Assembly (NCBI GenBank): GCA_000165425.1
Contig: CT868064.1
Location: forward strand, 1 to 64,000
Length of the DNA: 64,000 nucleotides
From: Paramecium tetraurelia
Taxonomy: Eukaryota
Direction: 5' to 3'
Both the position numbers and the translations under genes were made by a program. Positions 55,969-64,000 of the stretch are shown here, one piece after another (the first letter of the stretch is position 1; each line of letters opens with the position of its first letter). The notes below the pieces were generated by a model. The model made no database searches and was not told where the DNA came from. It saw only the letters and a list, made by a program, of their open reading frames with translations.

Positions 55969-58900
55969 TCAAGTTGTACTAGTTCTTCTTTTGGCCTTAG
56001 ACTTTTATTTAACTGCATAGAACTCCAATTTCTGGCATAATGGATTATCCACGGGCAATAGAGCCTTGCAAATTTAATATGCCTTAATATTAGATGTAGA
56101 GCATATACCTTTTAAAAGTATTCCTCTCCCGAATAATCCATCTTTATCTTCTCCTTTTATAGAGTCTCGATGCCATCTTTGATTATGAGTTCGATCGTAT
56201 GAGTAGGGACCTTTGCTTTCTGATCAATTGTTAATTAGAAGGCTAATTTGTCACCTTCCACTTATAAGAATTGGATTAATTTCTTCTAATCCTTCCTTTG
56301 CAAATCTGGCAATCTCTTACCAGATAGAGTGTCCAATTCTAATTGCTTCAACAAATTCTACTCCAAAAACCTAATAAATCCGTGGGTCTTATAATTGTCA
56401 AAATGTTGAAGGTACGTTTTATCCTCTTTAAGAATTAAGGTGAGGATCTCAAACTTTTTGGATGGAGCTACTTAAAAATAAATTATCTACTTAATAATGA
56501 CAACCCCATGAGAACATCCACGTAGTTCTTAATCATATTCATTATATTCTATCTTAGATATCCTTATCTAAATGTTAGTTTGCAATAGTCTGGGTTGTAA
56601 ATGGATGTTTAACAAAACTCATAGGCACTTTTAGCCTCTTCCAAGTACCTCATTGTTGACACAATTTTACTTTGGATCTAATGATAAATGTTGATATCAT
56701 ACAAAATAGATATCTGAGTAAGTGGAATAGAGATAAGCTAATTAGGGACTGTACTCATAGGAGTATTCCTGACAAAAGCTCCTGTAAATGGAATAAGATT
56801 AGTTTGCTGCTATTAATGACCATCTGCAAACTAAATCAATGGACAATCCTTCATTGATGCCTTCTAGCACAGTTATCTTTGACTAAATGAATGATTTGGT
56901 TTCCAAGTATTTCTATTCCATAGCTGGGGAGCATTTATTCTTGACTTTGCTTTCCAAAATCTTGATGGTTTTTTGATTCAACTCAGACTTGAATGTACTG
57001 ATTTTAGCTTCTGTATCAGTCTAATGTTTATATCATAGATTCTTACAATTAGTTGTTCTTCTAGATCTTTGACTCTTAAAGTAGTCAAGAATTCAGCATA
57101 CATTCCAGCAATCAATCTTTGGATGTGAGCATTAAAGATATGATTCGATCCATATTATTACTATACGTATTTTTATATAGCAAACATAGGGTCGACGACT
57201 TGGGTTAATTTATCTGCGACATTAAGAGAAGACTCCAAATAGCATAAAAAGGCTTCTGTTTTGAGTCTATTGATTTCAAAGTAGGGTCTAAGTGCACTTT
57301 TCATAAGTGTTTAGTCATAAGAAAAGATGAGGGGTTTAATAGATTCTTGTTCAGGTCTTTTGATTTCAAAGAATTTGTCGAATTCCAAATTGCAAAAAAC
57401 CTAAAGATATATAAGGATTAGATAATACTCTTTCATTTTTGGTTGTTTTGATTTGAACATTTAATAACTATTGTTTATCTTCAATAGTTTGTATCATTAA
57501 TTGAGATTTTGAAATACCTTTCATATAATCTGCAATAATTAAATCCAAGTTCATCTGAATATTAGAATTAAGTGTAATGATCTCCTCAACTTGGGATTGC
57601 TAACCAAATTTATCCACACTAAAAGTAATTATAATTTGATTACAAAGATAAATTTGCCTAAGCCAATTTAAAGTCTCCTTTCATCATGATTGCTAGGGTA
57701 TGTAAACTTTCAAGATACTGAAACGCTGTTCTTAGGAAAATGATTTGTTTCAATGTTTTAAATTATCGAACATTCAAAAAGAGTTCTTTGATTGGTTCTA
57801 GAAGTGCCAATACATTATGTTCGTATTTCTCATAAATCTAAGCATTTTAATTTAATATTTTGAACATCTCCTCTACCTTCAAATCCTTTTTAGTTGATTT
57901 TTAGAATGTTTTCTCAGCCTGCCATCTTATAGCAACCTTACATAATTATGAGTAGATTAATTAAAACAGTTTCTATGAGACACTGGCTGCAGTGGTATCT
58001 GCATCTGAATATTATCCAGTGTGCATCTGGTAAATGACTAACTTAACTCCTAATTGACACAAAACCACTTGATTTTCTAAGGAGGCTGAATCAATTTATG
58101 CCAAGGCTGCCTTGATCTAGGTCATTTCATTTTACTCAAGGGATTAAGACAACAATAATTTGCTTACTTCTAAATAGTTATTTGATCTCTTGGTAAAACT
58201 CTAGGCCTTCTACACTTGTTCAAAGAGATCTTCCATTTGTCTTTCATCGGTTTTGTCTTCTTTGAGGATGTTCAAACGAATCTCTTCTTAATAAGCGAAG
58301 ATCTTGACGTTGAATATTTGCAAGGTTTGATAGAAGGATGAATGAGTAGAATTGAATAGATATGATTTGTTCTCAAACAGCATCAAGGTGAATTTCAATA
58401 ATTCGGATGCAAATTCCAATTGTTGGTTCTTCAGATTTAGATCTAAGATCTTTAAAATCACAAACTTGATATCGTAATAGTTCTCATACTTCTCCTTCTT
58501 TATCCAAGGCATTTACTTGAACTCAATCAATTAAGTAAGTGAAGTTCCTCCCAATTGATGTTAGACTATGGTAATAATATCGATGGTGGACAAGAGAATC
58601 ATGTGAATCAACGATTTGGTGTCTGTTTGCAGTACAAACTCTTCGGCTATCTGATCCATTTACGTATTGATTGTCTATAGAATGACCGGCAATTGCTGAT
58701 GATTTTAGGATATTAAGCAAAGTCTTGCTCTTACCAAATTGTGCTACACAACCATGAATCCATTTTTATTGCATAATGATTCTTCAGCTGCATGTTTGGC
58801 TTCTATAGATTTGAGAAAGGTCTCAAGATGTTCATCATCCAAAGATTCCAAATTCTACTTACTATTGATATAGAAATATCCTTAGATTAATTCCGTGATT

Positions 58901-61900
58901 ATGTTGTTCATGAGATTGTTCTTGAGCCAAGAATCGTTGTTGTTCTTTGAATTATACTCCTCATAAAAAAAGGGCACTAAGGGTTAATAATAAATTTGCA
59001 ACTACTTGATGAGTGACTATTCCATGATTACTTGACTAATCTCCTCAATGTTATTAGTCTCCTTTTTGGTTATGTAAGGGTATTGATGATTCTATGTGTG
59101 AATGAGTATATGCAAAATCTTAATGCATAGGATGCAATTCAACAGTTCTGCATTTTGATCCTTCAGTATTTACATGAATCCTTGGAAGATTCCCTCACTC
59201 ATCGTAATGGGATTGTAATAGAGCAATTAAGAACAATGATATATTAGGAGAGCCAATAGTTGTTTGTTGTAATTCTGAAAGATTTAGGATTTGAGACCGA
59301 AACTCTCAGAGATAAAGAATACTTCTTCCATTATTTCAGTGACTGTTTTGAAGATATTCAAAGTAGATTTCTCATCGTTGATTTCTGCGAAGTATTCTCC
59401 AGTCCACCCTAATTGAGGAATCTGATTCAATTGACTCAACAAACAATTTTACATAGTGAAATTCTTGGTGTAAGGCTTCAACCTCTTCAGTATGCCATGA
59501 TTGTCCTTACTCCTATTCAAATGCATAATCTACAGAAATTTGCCTTGCCTGTACAGCCACTGCAAAGTGTGATCCAAACTTCGTTGAAAATCTTCCTTGA
59601 TTTTGATTTGAGTGTTTTACAGTTATTATCTTACCAAGGATGACTTTCTCCTGTCGATTTCTCCCAAGTTCTCTTCATCCACTTTGATGTAACTGTGCAA
59701 GATATTAACTTCATTTAGTAGATCATGCACTTACTGAAAATCAGCATCTCGCCAACTATCAAAACTGATTTACACTTTCATATAATACATTTTTAATCTA
59801 CTTACCATCTTGATTAGGATATCCTCTTTAATCACAAATTATCCTTACTAATTCTTTTTGGAGTGTTTCACATCATGGACTATCTCACCTGAAGTATCAA
59901 TGATGAACTCTTCAGAAATGTCATGAGCCAATTAATATTGTTATTGCAGATGGTAAATCTACACCAAAGCTTACTGGAAGAAATGCCCATACTACTTTAA
60001 TTTATAAGGCAATTATTTGACATCCTTGAGTTTGTTTTTATCTTCCTTACAATTCTTTATTAATTGATCTTTGGACACTTACAATTCATACAATTACTCT
60101 CGATTTGCTATTGACAAATGAACATTCTAGATCTTCTGTCGTTCTTCCTCTGTCTTCGTTATGTCATGCAGCAAATGAACACATGTAATCTCCACTCCTT
60201 TGATGATCTCCTGAGATTTCAGTGACAATTGTTAAGCATAACGATATTGCTATTTCATGATACTCAGTTGCACTTTACTCAACAGATAAAGTACTAGATA
60301 TTTAAATTCGTGTATATTGCTACTCAATATTTCATACACTTGATTGTTGCAATAGTTGTCAATACAAGATAGAATGTCTCCTGTTTCTTTGGCATATGGC
60401 AATTGATAGAAGAATTGTGTCAACATGTTCTTCTCAAATGCTTCGATCTCCTCCTCCAATTAAACCAGTTGATGCAATTTCAAATGCTATTCGAATTTGT
60501 ATATATTCTATTTCAAGTACTCTTGAATGGATATCTTATCCTTCACATTCACATTGAGTTGAGTATTCTTCCCATCGAAAATACGAACCATCTAATCCTT
60601 GGTGATTTTTGGATTTGAGTTCTGTCTAATCTAATGGAATAAGGCTTCGTCAAAATTGATTCTCACTTCAGTCTCTTTGTAAGATTGCTAATTCTTGTGC
60701 TTCTAATAAATCTAACTAGGGAACTATCTCTGCATTTAATCAGGATTGATCAATTACAACACCAAATTCATAGTATTCGGATACTTCATTGTCAATTGCT
60801 GCTTACTATTCACAATCCATCTCTTAACAGCTCTCTCCACATCTCCTTCTTGATCCTTCAATAACTGCTCAATCTGAATGCCCATCTTACCAAGTGTTGC
60901 CATCTGTAAACCAACCATGCCTAATGAGTATGCATCACACTTCTATGGGGAAATGGCAATCTGGAATTTTGGATTCAAATAATTTGTGATTAATTCTGGA
61001 CTCATGTACCAAAGTTCATCATTTTATTCTATGGCTCTTGTGAAATATACTTTCTCCTCGTTATAATCATACCAATAGAACATCCCAAAATCCACCAGTC
61101 CATACGTATACCAAATATCATTCGGTTATTAATTTTTCAATAATATTATTGTTTACAAATTGATACTGCCATGATACATACCCTATTCACATTCAACAAA
61201 TGACAAAGTATCCAATACACTCACCAAAAATTCACAAATTTCCTAATCACTGTAATAGTTTGTTCTACTCTACAAGACTTCCTTGAATGCCTTACCATTG
61301 CAAATGCTGAATCCTTTAGGTGGTCCGTATGCTCTACTCAAATACCCTTTGATGACTGGATCCCTAATATTTGTTATTGGATCTTCAGGTGTTATCTTTA
61401 GATACTTAAGAGGAACAATAGGGACCTTCAATTGCAATTCCATGTATTGTATATCAGTTATTTTCTCATAGAATCTTGCCACTCTGCTTATAATGTCTTT
61501 ATGTAGAGTCCTGTGGTACAGAATTTCAGTCTAAAAAAACACCAAAACATCAGCCAATTTAGGCTTCTGAACTTAAGACACTAACCATCTATACATTTAC
61601 TGTTTGGCTGCAAAGACATTGTATTCTAAAGTGGCTGTATGCAAGGATTTCTTCGTATCTAAAGGAACGATGAAATATAAAATAGGCTACTCCTTAGCAA
61701 TCTATTGATCAACGAACAGATTCCAAATCTGATTTCTTAAGATTGAGACTGGTGGAGCCTAGATTCTGAAAGGAATGTAAGTGAAATTGACCAAATTGAA
61801 TTACTTCCTCAAATCCAATCCAATGTAGGCATCTAATTCGTATTCCACCTAGCTGACTCCTTTGGATGTCAAAGGGAATTGTAAGTTGGTCTTCGGAGGC

Positions 61901-64000
61901 AATTGTATTGAATCCACAAATTTCAAGTAGTCTTCATCACAATATCTAGATATTTGAGTTTGAGTCATGCTATTAATGTAAGAGTAGAATCGTTCGTCAA
62001 CGGGTTTAGTATCCAATTCCCTTCCTTATTGTTTGAAGACGGATTTGTAATTCATAAGCAACTTAACATAGTTCTTAGCAATTGCTATGGCTGGTTTTTT
62101 TCTTGTGCTCTTACGATATTAACTAAACCAAACTCCTTAGACTTTAAACACAACAGTCTTACGGCCATCAATCCATAAGTGCTTCTCCACATATTCTTCT
62201 ATCTTTTTCAATATTTCCATCTTTTCAATGAAATTCGAATGGATATCAAGATTCTGATTCAGGATTGTCAACTACCTTCTATACTTCTCATGTTAACTCT
62301 CCTTCAAACCATGTCTAAGTTTGTTTTGATTCTCCTAAAATACTATGGTTCTTCTCCAATCAAGATTTCTTATCAACACTAGATGTCTTCTTAAGAAGCA
62401 TTTTCTGAAAGTGAAACGATCATCTGTCCACAACTTTTAATGAGGATTGAGTTCATTCAGCATTTTCAGAAATTTGAGAGTCTTAAAGAAGAAAGCCTTT
62501 TGCTTTTGTTGTATTTCTGGGTCAGTAGAATCCTTCAATTTAAATTTCATAGCCCAATTAGAAGGTCTGCCAGCCAAATATTTCCTTAAAGTTTCAATGG
62601 ATTCCTTTTTCTTTTTTGATTTGGCATCTTCATCTTCCATAGTAGTGGATGCACTTAATTTAGATTTCGATTTCTTTTTTGATGACTCTGATTTCAATGC
62701 ACTCCTTGGTGATGATTTCATACTTTTAGGGGAATTATTATTTTATTATTATTTCTCCTTTTACTTCTACTTGTTCACAATATAATCTTCCACATCAGAA
62801 TCTGAACTAATTTCTTCGTATTAACATGTCTTCTATTCTGATAATAAACAACCATAAATCTTTTGAGTCGGATATCTTTTGATATCATCGTCTCCTTGGT
62901 TTTCTGATGATTACTTTTCACTTGAGCCCATAAACTTCTCAATAGTACTCTTGATCAAATATTAATGTCTTTGCATTAAATTCTATATTTCGTAAGGTAT
63001 CTCTCCAAATATTGAACCTTCAATATACCTTAAAAAGAAATTAGACAACAAGATGATTAGAAAGAAAGCGAGCAAACTTATTGTTGGATTGTAATCAACG
63101 ATTCTGTCTCTCGAATAAGAAATCAAACCACTATTCGAAACTAAGGATAGATATGCCAATCCTTCAAGCACATCATTCCACACTCCAATTGTAGATTCCC
63201 CTAGTGGCAATGGTCTTTACATATCATTCAACAATTTCAACTTGTCTGTCTGCAATTCCACCACGTTCCAAATGAAAGCAATGAAAAAACATAATGGAAA
63301 TGTCGTACCAAATAACACCAACATTGAATATTAGAGAGTGATTTCCATATATTCATCTACAGTACCATATCTTTCAGGACTGATAACGTAGGACTCTTTG
63401 TACAAGAATTCATTTTCAATAAAATTATTTATTTTTTCGAAGGGATTTGTCTCTCTTGTAATGGTTTCTTTCTTTTGAGTATCTTATTTCTCAGAAACAT
63501 TTTGTTCATTAGCCTATTTCGAAGATGCTCTATCAGGAGATAGACTTGGTGACTTTTGGGAATTCAAATCATCATGTCTCACATCCTCATCATCCTCTCT
63601 GATCTCATCAATCTGAGAAGTGAGTTTCTTGTTTTTTTAGACTTCCACATTTTCTTCTTTTTTCTCCCTCAATTATCGCAGAAATACTATCACTTTTGGT
63701 TTGATGATTTCCCAAATGTTCAATGAAAATTGTATTAAGAATATGGTCGAGAAATGATATTAAGCATGCTTCAAACAATCATCATTTATACAATGCAAAC
63801 CTACTTTCTAAAATATAAAAGCATATTACTTTATGTCCAAACATGATTTCAACCACTGGTCCACAGAGTGCAAAAAAAGATAGGAAATACTTCTTAAAAA
63901 CAAAATTGGTCTCATATTCTGTAATTGTTTTGTGATTCTCATAATCAGTCAATGACCCTGCTGTCTTGTCAAAAAAAGGATCCAAAATCAGAATCACTAT
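55969..64000 (-). CDS. Giant anoctamin (TMEM16) fused to a pseudokinase domain and TPR-like helical tail; 5' part lies beyond the window
   Basis: Anoctamin motifs ENHKT..EYE..FVFK, NIWE, DEYMEITLQY..LFGTTFPL, NVVELQTD, IGVW. The same frame has no TGA down to 57644 and passes through YHGSIN, VDFG, YMSPE, KCDAYSLG. Later TPR-like repeats. TGA at 55971-55969. Confidence 0.85.

Noticed and set aside
62437..62721. MKSSPRS... as an independent gene start
   Set aside because: It is in frame with the anoctamin, with no TGA or AT-rich spacer upstream, so I treated it as an internal Met.

Overview
This is AT-rich, gene-dense eukaryotic DNA that reads as macronuclear sequence of a Paramecium (aurelia-complex-like) ciliate. 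It translates only with genetic code 6 (TAA/TAG = Gln, TGA the only stop), and its genes carry tiny 20-30 nt GT..AG introns, so the supplied ORF track is mostly fragments or antisense shadows. I translated it by hand and found about 27 genes or pseudogenes. These include coiled-coil proteins, an LRR protein, a tandem-PX protein, three trichocyst-matrix-like genes, an alpha/beta hydrolase, two paralogous PAS-domain polytopic membrane proteins, a SWIM-finger (SWS1/ZSWIM7-like) protein, a malic enzyme, PP1, an S1/P1 nuclease, a Mei2-like RRM protein, a His-rich type I membrane protein, a TTLL tubulin ligase, a PA-domain sorting receptor and a CXC protein. Several genes are frameshifted. The two most unusual items are (1) a giant anoctamin/TMEM16 that runs in frame, within one ~6.2 kb exon, into a pseudokinase and a long TPR-like tail, and (2) an internally duplicated prokaryote-type malic enzyme whose two halves keep complementary catalytic residues. 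I saw no rRNA, tRNA, telomere, transposon or CRISPR. Coordinates come from manual reading, and family names come from motif recall rather than database searches.
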